DNA of 64,000 nucleotides, taken from Lama guanicoe (taxonomy: Eukaryota). The translations under genes were made by a program, and so were the position numbers. How positions within the stretch are numbered: position 1 is the first letter of the stretch; the number at the start of each line of letters is the position of its first letter. Where the stretch lies: NCBI GenBank assembly GCA_013239625.1, contig MU054466.1, forward strand, positions 806,001-870,000, read 5' to 3'. Shown piece after piece: positions 39,432 to 50,376 of the stretch. A model generated the notes under the pieces. It worked only from the letters and a program-made list of their open reading frames with translations. It was not told where the DNA came from and did no database searches.

Positions 39432-40134
39432 GTGAGTCTCCCCCGCCTCCTTGCAGAGGGTCCTTTGCTGGGCCTAACCTAGGGGTCCTCACACTCCCCC
39501 TAGGGAGGGGACCCCACCTCGCTAGGGAGGGTGGCTGTTGGGGCTGAGGGTCCACCGCACCCTGGGGTGCGGCCAGCGGGGGAGGCCCGCTCCCCTCCCT
39601 CGTTCACCACGCTTTAGTCACGGGGCTGCGCTGTGCTTGCAGCCGGCCCCTCGGGCCCCCTCCCACAGCTGTAGCTCCAGCCCCAACAGGGAGGTACCAT
39701 CCACAGACATGGGCCCCCCACCGTCTGGTTTCTGAGCCCCTGGCCCTGGCTGTGCCCTCCTGGGGCTTCCTGGGGTTTCTGGGCCCTCCTTGGAGCTGGG
39801 TGGTGTCAGCAGGTCAGGGGTTGCCGGCAGACCCTCTGGTCACCGGTCCTGGGCTCCGTCCTGGCTGGGCGCCACTGCTGGTGTGGCCTGCCTGCCGCCC
39901 ACAGCTGTTAGGTAGTGACACCCGGGCCCCCGTGGTCCGTATGCGGAATGTGGCCCCACTGACTGGTTTGGGGAAGGTCCCCCCAACCTGCAGGGTCATT
40001 CTGCCGCGAGCTGGTCTCTGGGGCAGACGCGGGGGCTCCTCTGGGCAGCTTTGGGCCCTGCGCGGGGGGCTGGTGGGGGCCTTGCGCGGGCATCCGCTCC
40101 CCGCCGGCGGTGACGGCGCTGCCCTTCTCGGCAG

Positions 40135-40268
40135 GGCGACCTCAAGGGCTACCTGCGGAGCTGCCGGGTGGCAGAGTCCATGGCGCCCGACCCTCTGACC
40201 CTGCAGCGCATGGCCTGCGAGGTGGCCTGCGGCGTCCTGCACCTGCATCGCAACAACTACGTGCACAG
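40135..40268 (+). CDS. AATK: AATK exon 7
   Basis: [45 protein letters not shown]. Confidence 0.96.
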
Positions 40269-40664
40269 GTGAGGGCACAGGCAGCCCCGGGCTCACTGCT
40301 CGGCCCCCGCCCCTGCTCTGGGGCCGCGGGAGGCGAATCCTGTTACCTGGGTGAGTCCTTGTTCAGCCTCTGGGACCACCACGCAAGGGACCTTACTAAG
40401 AACACCAGGCGGATGGACGGTTAAGCTTAGCGACCCACACTGTTGGTCTGAGGCCCAGCCATCCTCTGTCCCCAAGGTGGTCAGTGCCACCTGGCGGCCC
40501 TACACCAGCCCCAGCCCGCCCGCGGGGGAGGGCTGACTGTCCCGCTTCCCGCCCCAGCCCCTGAAGTTGGAGAGTCGGGCCAGGGTGCCCAGCGTAGGGG
40601 GGCGTGCCAGAAGGAGTGGCGATGGACGTGGCCCCACCAGCCCCGGACCCCGCACGGCCGTCCT

Positions 40665-40730
40665 CCCCAACAATATCCTGGTGCTGAGTGATGACACATG
40701 TGACTCCAGCATCAGTGATTTTGTTGAAGA
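40665..40730 (+). ncRNA. MIR338: pre-miR-338 (5p 40669-40690, 3p 40705-40726) in AATK intron 7
   Basis: Exact AACAATATCCTGGTGCTGAGTG and TCCAGCATCAGTGATTTTGTTG arms forming a hairpin. Confidence 0.97.
40665..40730 (-). ncRNA. MIR3065: Antisense hairpin miR-3065
   Basis: Reverse complement gives TCAACAAAATCACTGATGCTGGA and TCAGCACCAGGATATTGTTGG; expression in this species is not shown by the sequence. Confidence 0.65.
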
Positions 40731-41486
40731 GGGCAGCTGCCAGCACCTGGCTTGCCCGCCCGCCCGCCGAGCCCTCCCGGCCCCTGGCACCGTCTGTGCC
40801 CCCAGCACGGCAGCACTTGGCCAATGTATGCTGCCCCCGCGTTTGTCCTGGCCCCCGGCCCCCGACACCACAGGGCCACCAGGAAGGCAGAGAGGCTGGC
40901 AGCTGGGGCCAGCGGTGGGGTGGGAGACAGTGGCGGGGTGATCACGCGGCTGCAGCTCAGCCCTCCACACGCCCTGCCCTGGGCCCAGTGTGGGGCAGGA
41001 GCCCCGGGGCCCTTGGGACCTCAGTGTCCCCACTGACGCCTGTCTCCCTGGAGCTGAGGCCCATAGTGTGGTGGGTGGGAGCAGGCTGCAGTGCCCCCAG
41101 GCTGGCTTGCTTGCACCACCCCCCAACGCAAGCAGACTGGTGTCCGAGGAGAACGGGAGTGGGCTGAGGTCAGGGGCGGGGGTACCAGTGAGGCAGATCA
41201 TGTCCACGGAGGGCCCCAGGCGTGTGCTAGCCGTCTCTGCGCCTCATTTTCCTTGTCTGTATTGTAACATTTGAGGCTCCGTCCACGTGGACCCTCTGAG
41301 ATGCCCAGTGCTGGGTGAGGGGCTGGGACTCCATGCAGGGGGTGGGGGGACAGCCTCTCAGACGCCCCTTTCCACCCACCTACCGAGCCGAGCCCAGGAT
41401 GCCACTGGTGACAAGTGGCCCAGCCCCCTGGGGGCCCTGGATGCCCCAGCCCGGCCCTGTGGCTGACCTCACCCTCCCACCCCCAG

Positions 41487-41571
41487 TGACCTGGCCCTGA
41501 GGAACTGCCTGCTCACGGCCGACCTGACGGTGAAGATCGGCGACTACGGCCTGTCTCACGGCAAATACAGG
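41487..41571 (+). CDS. AATK: AATK exon 8 (catalytic loop, DYG)
   Basis: [28 protein letters not shown]. Confidence 0.96.
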
Positions 41572-41652
41572 GTGAGTGGGCCGGGCCGGGCCGGGTTGAG
41601 GGCGCAGGGCAGGCGCCGGGCCACAGGGTGACGGGGTCCCATGTGCCCGCAG

Positions 41653-41774
41653 GAGGACTACTTCGTGACCGCTGACCAGCTGTGGGTGCCGCTGCGCTGG
41701 ATCGCGCCCGAGCTGGTGGACGAGGTGCACTGCAACCTGCTGGTGGTGGACCAGACCAAGGCCAGCAACGTGTG
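41653..41774 (+). CDS. AATK: AATK exon 9 (APE motif)
   Basis: EDYFVTADQLWVPLRWIAPELVDEVHCNLLVVDQTKASNVW. Confidence 0.96.
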
Positions 41775-43244
41775 GTGAGCGTGGTCCCGGTGGTGCCCGA
41801 GAGCACGTGGTCCATCAAAACCCAATGACTTTATTCTCACTCACGACCATCAGACCTCACGGTGGCCCTGCCTGGTGCCTGAGATAGTGTCCAGTGAGGA
41901 CGCAGGGTCTGCAGGCTCGAGGGGTGCTGGGGGTGCCAGGGGCTGGGTCCCACCTGCCAGCTGGCTTCCTCCCATCAGAGGGCATCCAGGCTGGCCACTC
42001 AAAGCCAGGCCGTGTGTGTGATGACGTGGGGTCTGTCCAACCCTGTCGCTCTGTAGGAGGTGGCCAAACTTGGCCCTGGGAGGGGTCGTGGGGCTCTTGT
42101 GCCACCTGTCCTTGCCCAGTGCCAGTGGCCCACGGCAGCTGGGTTGGTGGGGTGGCGGGGCCTGGGGGCCCGTGGAGGAAGTCCCACTCCTCCCAGGACC
42201 TGCTGGGCTGACGCCTGGAGACGTCAGGGTCAGGTGTGGTCAGGCTGGAAAGCCCGCCGGGAGTGACAGGCTGTATGGTGAGACATGGGGACTCGCGGTG
42301 GCACCTGTTCCCATGAGAGGGGCCTGTGGGGGCCGGGGGTCTCCTGTGACTGCAGCCTGGGGCCACCAGGCTGGGCACAGAGCAGACATTCAGGCCCAGT
42401 ACTGTGGCCTCTAGAGGCTGGGCCATGGTGGTCCCGTGCCTGGCCTTGACGTGGCTCTGCTTCCCCCTCCTGCTTCCTCCCAGCGCCCCAGGCCTCCCTC
42501 TGCTCCTGACGGACCCCTCAGGGCTGGATCCATGGCCCCGCCCCGCTCCCTGAGCCTTCTGTGGCCTCCCTTAGTCTCTACCTGTGCCCCCATCACGGAC
42601 ACACCATCCCCTGGTCCCCGCCTCCCCATTCACTGACCGTCCCGACTGGTGGGGGCATAGGGCTGTGTAGTGTGGGTGGTCGGGGGCAGATGGCTGTGAC
42701 TAAGGCCACCATGACTTCTCTTGCCAAATCTGTCCCTCGTGCCTCCAGTCTCCTGGGACAGCCTGGGTTCCCTGGGAGTTGGCTGAAGCCACCACCCACT
42801 GGAAGGGTTCCAGTTGCCTTGCCCCAGCCCCCTGCACACTGGCCACACAGCCATTCCCCCTGCCCACTCACACTGGCTGGGGTGTCCCTAGACTCCCCCC
42901 TCCCTCTGGGGGTGCCTGGCAGGAACGGGGGCTTCTCCAGGGCAGCCCCTGCACCTGGCAGTGTCGGCTTCATGGCAAGGGAACGAACGAGCAAATGAAC
43001 AGACAGGTGGGCTTGGCTTGTGGGCAGCCAGCTGGGCTTTTATTTGTCCAGGCACCCTGGGCACGGGCTTGGGCTGGCTGCGTGGCGCAGCTGCCCGCTG
43101 GCTGAAGGAGGGGGCCATCTTTTGGGAGGGGCGTCCCCAGACGCTGATGTCATGATGGGAGCTGCTTCTGGGCACCTAAAGCTGAGACCCTGTGCAGCAG
43201 TGGCACGCTGGCCAGGCAGCCCTCTGATGGCTGTCACCCCGCAG

Positions 43245-43394
43245 GTCCCTGGGCGTGACCATCTGGGAGCTCTTTGAGCTGGGGGCACAGCCCTACCCCC
43301 ACCACTCCGACCGGCAGGTGCTGGCCTACGCCGTCCGGGAGCAGCAGCTCAGGCTGCCCAAGCCCCAGCTGCAGCTGAGCCTCGCCGACCGCTG
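43245..43394 (+). CDS. AATK: AATK exon 10
   Basis: [50 protein letters not shown]. Confidence 0.96.
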
Positions 43395-43842
43395 GTGAGG
43401 CCCCGCGGTGCTGGGCCGAGTGGGGGTCCCCACCAGGAAGGCCGAGACAAAAGGGGGGGTGCTCCCAGTTCCCAGGGCACAGGTGGCTCCTCCTGACTAC
43501 CTGGGTCTCAGTTTCTAGCTCACCCTGGCTACCCCCGGGCCAGGGGTGACCTCTGGGCCCCACCCTGTACCCACAATGGAAGTACCTTCTTAACCCACAA
43601 CACAAGCTCGCCTGCAGTCCGGGCGGGGAGAATCTAAGGAAAAGTGTCCTGAACACTGATGTTCCCAAACCACCGGGCCCACCTCGGGAGATTCCCTTCA
43701 CTGTCCTCAGGGGCTTTGGGGTGTGAGGAGGGGAACCCTGACCCCACGCTGAGGGCAGACTGGCTCACTCTGGGGTAGCGGGGTCCCAGCTGGGCGGGAC
43801 CCCCTTGGGGCGGGGCCTGAGCCTGGGCATCCCTTCCCGCAG

Positions 43843-46489
43843 GTACGAGGTGATGCAGTTCTGCTGGCTGCAGCCGGAACAGCGGCCCACAGCCGAGGAG
43901 GTGCACCTGCTGCTGTCCTACTTGTGCGCCAAGGGCGCCACGGAGGCAGAGGAGGAGTTCGAGCGGCGCTGGCGCTCACTACGGCCCGGTGGGGGCGGTG
44001 CGGGGCCCGGGGCGGCGGGCCTGACACTGGGGGGCGCCGGCGAGCTGGCCGCCACCTCATCCTTCCCGCTGCTAGAGCAGTTTGCCGGCGACGGCTTCCA
44101 CGGGGATGGCGACGACGTGCTGACCGTGACAGAGACGAGCCGCGGCCTCAACTTTGAGTACAAGTGGGAGGCAGGCCGCGGCACCGAGGCCTTCCCGCCG
44201 CCCGGGGGCGCACTGAGTCCGGGCGGCGCTGCGCACTCGCAGGAGCTCTGCGCCCCCGACGGCGCACCCCCTGGCGTGGTGCCCGTGCTCAGCGCGCACA
44301 GCCCGTCGGTGGGCAGTGAGTACTTCATCCGCCTGGAGGACCCGACGCCTGCCACGGACCATGACCCTGACTGCGCCGGCTGTGCCCCCAGCACCCACGC
44401 TGCGGCCCTGCGTCCCGACGGCAGCGATCACGAAGGTGACTCTGACGGCAGTGCCGCCGCCTCGCTGGCCATGGAACCGCTGCTGGGCCATGCGCCCCCT
44501 TTTGGCGGCCCTTGGGGCCACTGTGACTACTACCCGTGCAGGAGCCATGCCCGTGACCTGCCCTGCGCCTCGCGCTCGCCCTCTCCGGGGACCTTGATGC
44601 TGGCAGAGCCCCGAGTAGAGGATACCGACTGGGGCGTGGGGGCCTTCTGCCCGCCCTTCTTTGAAGACCCCCTGGGCACATCCCCCTCAGGGAGCTCCGG
44701 GGGCCGGCTGTCCCCAGGTGGGGAGCAACCGGGGGAGGCTGAGGCACCCAGGGCTGCCCAGCACAGACACTGGAGCTCCAACGTGTCGGCCAACAACAAC
44801 AGCGGCTGCCGAGCACCGGAGCTCTGGGGCCTGGGCCGTTCAGGCAGCTACCTGGACTGCCGCTCCGGTGTGAGGCAGATACTGCGGGCTGTCCCCGAGC
44901 TGGGCCGTCCCATGGCCCCAGACGACCTCAGGGAGCCTCTCCTTGGGCCAAAGGGGGCCTCCTCTGCTCAGGAGCTGGGCCGCTGCCTTGGCCTGCCCCC
45001 TCTATATCCTGCTGAGGGCCTGGCACCTGCCCCCTGCCTCATCACCTGCCCCTGGACAGAGGCAGCCGTAAGTAGGGGTGACAGCCCCCAGGCAGAGCCC
45101 AGGCTTGCAGAGGAGGCTGAGGGCTCTGCTGGACTCCAGCTGCCCCTTCCCTCCATCCCGTCCCCATCTCAAGAGGGAGCGCCACTTCCCGCCGAGGAGG
45201 CCAGTGCCCCGCCCACCCTGCCTGCCTCGCCCACCCCCAGCAGCAGCCAGGCACCTGCCACTGAGCCAGCCCGGACCCTAGACAGCGACAGCAGCTCCCC
45301 TGAGCTGGAAGCGCCAGGCAGTGAAGAGGAGGACACGGCTCAGGCCACTTCCGGTGTCTTCACCGACTTGTCCAGCGACGGCCCACAGGCTGGGAAGCCG
45401 GACGTGACACCAGCCTTCTGCTTTCTGCAGAAGCAGGTGGGGACCCCCGACTCCCTGGACTCCCCGGACATCCCGTCCTCAGCCAGCGATGGTGGCGGTG
45501 AGGTCTTCAGCCCATCAGCTGTGGGCACCCCTGGAGGGCAGCCCCGAGCCCCAGACAGTGGCTACGACACGGAGAACTACGAGTCCCCGGAGTTTGTACT
45601 CAAGGAGGCGCATGAGCCCTGTGAGCCAGAGGCCTTTGGGGAGCTGGCCTCAGAAGGCGAGAGCCCCGGGCCCGAGACTCAGCTCCCCGCATCTTTGGGT
45701 GGCCTCAGCGAGAAGAGTCCCTACCGCGACTCTGCCTACTTCTCAGACTTGGACGCGGAGCCAGAGCCCCCCTTGGGCCCCGCGGAGAAGCGAGGGGGTG
45801 TCCCAGCCCCAGGGCCAGAGCCCAGCCTGGAGAGCCCGCAGGGCCCCAGGCCGCAGTCTGCACAGCCCTCCCCTGAGCCTGAGGTGTCCAGGGAGGCGCA
45901 GGGCGCGGGCCCCGAGGAGGTGCCGCCACTGCCATTGCCCAAGGCCTCTTCTCTGGAGCCAAGCGCCTGCCCTGCAGGCCCCCGGCTAGAGCCTCCTTGG
46001 CCCCAAGACCCAGCCCAGGTGCTGCCTGTGTCCAGCCCTGGGCAGTCTAAGATTTTCCTGCTGACCCCAGTCCCAGCAAACTCAGAAGGCCACTGCCCTG
46101 AGCTCCAGGAAGCCCCGGGACTGCTGTCCGGGTCGGGCCTGCAGGAAAGGACAGGGGGCCCAGGTGTCCCCCGAACCCCACTCTGCTTGGCCTTGCCGGG
46201 ATTCCCTGCAGCTCCAGGGGGCCGGCGGGAGGAGGAGGAGGAGGACAGCGAGGACAGCGACGAGTCGGACGAGGAGCTTCGCTGCTACAGCATCCAGGAG
46301 CCAAGTGAGGACAGCGAGGAGGAGGCGCCGCCGGTCCCCGTGGTGGTGGCGGAGAGCCAGAGCGCTCGCAACCTGCGCAGCCTGCTCAAGATGCCCAGCC
46401 TGCTGTCCGAGGCCTTCTGCGAGGACCTGGAGCGCAAGAAAAAAGCCGTGTCCTTTTTCGACGACGTCACGGTCTACCTCTTCGACCAG
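43843..46489 (+). CDS. AATK: AATK exon 11 (2647 nt; end of kinase domain, long Pro/acidic tail, PP1 motif KAVSF)
   Basis: YEVMQFCWLQPEQRPTAEEVHLLLSYL...DSGYDTENYESPEF...KKKAVSFFDDVTVYLFDQ; lies within the 921-aa ORF 43805-46570. Confidence 0.97.
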
Positions 46490-46578
46490 GTGGGCGGCCG
46501 CCGCGGGCTCTGCGCGGGGGGTGAGGGTCCTTGGCAGGACGGAAGCGGTGGGAGACACGTGCTGCTCTGATCCTCCAG

Positions 46579-46726
46579 GAAAGTCCCACCCGGGAGCTCG
46601 GGGACCCCTTCCCCGGGGCCAAGGAGTCGCCCCCCGCGTTCCTGGCTGGCAGCCCGGGATCCCCGAGCGCCCCCAGCCAACCGCGCCTGGATGACCGCTC
46701 CCCAGACGGGTCCGTGGCGGAAGAGG
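46579..46726 (+). CDS. AATK: AATK exon 12
   Basis: ESPTRELGDPFPGAKESPPAFLAGSPGSPSAPSQPRLDDRSPDGSVAEE. Confidence 0.93.
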
Positions 46727-46894
46727 GTGAGCTGGGGGCGGGATGATGTGGAAGGGGGCGGGGCAACACGGGTGGGGGTGTGTCCGATGTGTGCTGGAGG
46801 CGGGGCGAGGGGCGGGGCCTGCTGTGGTGTCATGCGTCGGGCGGGGCCTCCCCCACGAGCTCCGCGGTTGCCGGTGACAGTGGGCTCCTTACAG

Positions 46895-47074
46895 GCAGAG
46901 GGTTCGAGTGGGACTCCAGCCTCCCGCCGTCGCCGGCCATGGAGTCCGCCCCGCCTGCCGCGTCCCCCAAGCCGGCCACGCCGGGCCCTTTCTCCCGCTT
47001 CGCCGTCTCGCCCGCGCCCGCCTCTCGCTTCTCCATCACGCACGTTTCCGACTCGGATGCCGACTCCTTGGGAG
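46895..47074 (+). CDS. AATK: AATK exon 13 (FEWD; RFxV/I motifs RFAV and RFSI)
   Basis: GRGFEWDSSLPPSPAMESAPPAASPKPATPGPFSRFAVSPAPASRFSITHVSDSDADSLG. Confidence 0.93.
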
Positions 47075-48071
47075 GTGAGGCCACGGCGGGGCTGGCAGGG
47101 GGTACTGCGTTGGGACAGTGGCGAGGGTGGCCTAGAGGGGCACCTGCAGGTCGTGAGGCCCTGCGTTATTTCCGGCCTTCTGGACAAACTCAGGTTTCAG
47201 ATGGGGAAACAGGAGCGCTTGGCCCCCCACTAGGCCTGCTTGCTCTGGCCACCTTGGTGCATGGCCTCGCCTCCCTGGGGAGATGCAGTGCCCTGCGCAC
47301 AGCTGGCCCAGCACGCCGGGACCTAGGCTGAATGCTGCCTGGCTCTCCTCTACCTCCTCCAAAGGCCCCAGTCCACTGAGTGCCCTGCTCTCTGATAGCC
47401 CCCAGACCTGTGGCAGCCTCTCCCACAAGAACTTTCCCAGTGCCCACGAGTCTGCCGCGTCCACTCCGCCCTCCCCAGCACATCTCAGATCTGATGGCCC
47501 TTGCCCACAAGAGCTGGTGGTGGTAGTGGCTCAGGTGCCCAGGTGGGGCCCTACTCAGGGGCCTTAGCTTACTCTCCCTCCAAGCTCCACTCCTGTTAGC
47601 CTCAGACCAGGTGGGCTCTTTCCTACCCAGTTGCCCCTCTCCCTCATTCTACTAGGTTTTCCTGAGATGCTCCTGGCCATCTTTTCCCCAGGCAGACCCA
47701 GCCCCTCCCCTCCCCTCCCCTGCTGCCCTTGGCCTGTGACTGCAGCCTCCAGTGAAGGCTTGTCCCTGTCACACTGTGTGCCCTTAATAGATGTCTGAAC
47801 AGAGAAACGGCATCAGAAGGTGGGTGTGTGACCCTGGCCAGCCCAGCCCTGTGTGGGTCTGTTTCCCCACCTGTAAGAACTCAGGGCGGGTGCTGAGCCT
47901 TGCCGGGCCTGGGCCCTGGTGGGCAGAGTAACAGTCCTTCGACAGGCAGGCAGGCAGACCTGCTGCAGCCCAGGCGGGGACTGAGGTTGGGGGAAGGGGG
48001 GCCCTGGGAGGAGGGGACGCTGGCTATCCCGCGTCTCCCCCCACACTCATGGGGCACCTTCTGTTTGCCAG

Positions 48072-48112
48072 GCCATGCAGCAGGGGCTGGGGGCAGCTGT
48101 CAAGAGGCTTGA
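48072..48112 (+). CDS. AATK: AATK exon 14 (last coding exon)
   Basis: tttgccag|GC CAT...: GHAAGAGGSCQEA*; summed CDS 4128 nt = 1375 aa, in frame throughout. Confidence 0.88.
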
Positions 48113-48929
48113 GGCCCAGGTGGCCCCCCCGTTGGAGCCCCTGCTGGTCCTTCTCCCGGCAGCAGCGAGGATGGTGACCACGAGTGGTGGGACCTCGATT
48201 CTGGCAGCAGTCAGCAGCAGCTTCCAGGGCTTCGCTGGTCCTCGCAGCCCCTGGAGGCGCAGCGCAGGAGAGGCCCCCGCTCTGGCCCTGGATGGTGGAG
48301 CAGCTGTGCCCGCCAGCCCCGCGCTTCTCTGCGGGCAGGATCTGTTCTGGACACTCGGTTTGCTGCTAGTTCCTGGGATGCTCTGCAGCCCCAGGCCGCT
48401 CCCCCTTGCCCCCCGCTGTCAGGGGACCTCGCACGCCCTGCCCACCGGGGTCCTGCAGTGCACTGCAGGCCACTGTGTCCTCACCCCATCTGCCGGTTCA
48501 GGGTTCCTCAGTGCAAGAAAAGGACCCCGGGCTCTGGTGCCCCGGCTCCAAGCCTGCAGCTCTCTCCTTCACTGGATCAGCTAGACCCGTAAGCTCCCTC
48601 CCCACCGGGTCCGGGGCCGCTCCTGCCTAGGCTCTGTGAGTGGGCCAAGCTGGGGGTCTTCCTGGCCCCAGTCCTGCCGCTGTGGCCCTGGTCTATTGGT
48701 GCCCGAGGCTGGCTAGTGTGCGCAGCTCCCCTCTGCAGAGCTCTGCCCAGCCTCGCCCAGCTGCCAAAGGAAAGTGGGTGGTTCACCCCCTGGTCAGTGT
48801 CGGGGGTTCCTGTGGGAAGGGGTGCTGGGAGGGAGGGTGGGGCAGGGCAGCCCAGGGAGTATTTTTGTAACCGCTGTGGAGCGAATGGAAATGAGATGCT
48901 TTTAAGTTATTGTTGCCAAAGAGACAAAG

Positions 48930-48935
48930 TTTATT
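48930..48935 (-). terminator. Probable distal BAIAP2 poly(A) signal inside the AATK 3' UTR
   Basis: TTTATT on + = AATAAA on -, about 1.4 kb past the M-form stop. Confidence 0.6.
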
Positions 48936-50306
48936 GTTGCTCGGGGGTGTGTGGGTGGGGACGTCCGGGGTCTGTGCTGTCTTACTAGTTTGAGGCTTAG
49001 GATGCTGGTGTGATTGTCTTGTTCCTTTTTTGTTTGTTTTTTAAGAGAAATCAAAGCTAAGGGGAAAAAAAGCCTTCATGCCAAGCGTTTTTCTTTTGGA
49101 GTCTGCAGCTACAGCCCTGGGCAGGAGGGGGCATGGGCCGAGCCGGGGTCGGGGTACAGGAGGGAGCCCCCCAGTGGAGGGAAGCGGTGGCCTAGGCCCC
49201 AGATGTACCTGAGCTGGAGGTCCTCCCAGAACAAGGGTGGGGTCCGGCCCCTGCAGCCCTCTCTTCGTGTCTGGAAGGTGGCCCTGCCTAGGTAAGGAGG
49301 GGGGCCCACCCCACAGGCCTCTCTCGGGAGCTCACGCCTCCACCTTTCCAGGGCTTTCCCTAGCCCGCAGCAGGGTGAGCCAGGAAGGAGAGTTTTAAGG
49401 AGTTGGGGCTTCTAGGCACCCCTCCCTGGCCTGTCTCCATCTTCTGCAAAGTAGAGACCTCTGCTCACCTGGGCCCCCACCCCCTCTGCTTCGTGTCCTG
49501 GGGTGTGGGCTGCAGGTGGCTCAGGGCTCCAGTGCCCCTCCCTGGAGGACCTGGGAGAAGCAGGCACACGCTGCCTGGACCTTCTCCCTAGGTAAGGAAT
49601 GTCGTCACCAGCGTGGTCACCAGGGCTGTATCACAGCCACAAATGTTAAATAGCATGGATCCAATGAAGTTCCAAAATCTTGTATTTCAACTGAAATATA
49701 GAAGCAGCTAGGGCAGGGAGGGGGGGGCCCACCCAGGAATCCTGGAGCAGAACCCCCCCAATGGCACACAGCTTGGGGACAAACAAGGCCATAGCACCAC
49801 CCACCCACCGTGGGGCCAGGGAGGGGCGCTGGGGGCCCTCAGCCAGCTCTGGATGGGTGTTAGGCCTGGGCAGGGAGAAGCTGGATGGAGGCCCCCTAAA
49901 ACTGCCAGCAGGCGTAGGGAGGCCCAGCAGAGCCCGGAGCGAGGGTCTGCCAGAAAAGTTGTGCTCACAGTAAATCCATCTTCCAAACGGTGGCAGGCTC
50001 TCCTCCTGCCCCCATCCCGCCGGCAGGCTAACACAGGTGGGCAGCCTCTTTGCTAACCAGGCAGGGGTGCCCCTCATGGCTACGAGCTGACGGGGTGGCC
50101 TTCCTGCACCCCGGGGGCTGGCTCTGGGGACTGGCCATCCTCACTCTCCTCTGCCATGGCCAGGTGCCACCTCCTGACCCTGGAGGGACAGCCGGGGCCC
50201 AGCCCGGGCCAGACTGAGGTGAGGTGGGAGGAGGAGGGCCTTGCAGATTTCCAGGCCAGGGCGGGGAAGGAGGGGCCCCATAGGCAGCGGGGTGCAGAGG
50301 TGGCCG

Positions 50307-50376
50307 TCAGCTGAGGAGGGGAGCAGACCTGTCATTGGTCACCGTCGGCTTCAGCTGGACGCTGGCAAAGGGGTTC
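50307..50376 (-). CDS. BAIAP2: BAIAP2 M-form terminal exon (WH2-like)
   Basis: ctccgcag|G AAC...: (R)NPFASVQLKPTVTNDRSAPLLS*. Confidence 0.92.

Noticed and set aside
41761-41774. AATK SNVW instead of DVW, and DYG instead of DFG, as a sign of a dead kinase
   Set aside because: Normal features of the LMTK family, not specific to this sequence
33080-43244. miR-657 and miR-1250, which lie in human AATK introns
   Set aside because: No recognisable mature sequences seen; believed primate-restricted
49970-50070. BAIAP2 L-form terminal exon (recalled human CDLSAQGPEGREHGDGSARTLAGR)
   Set aside because: Only faint nucleotide resemblance near 49975-50005; no matching frame or clean acceptor found
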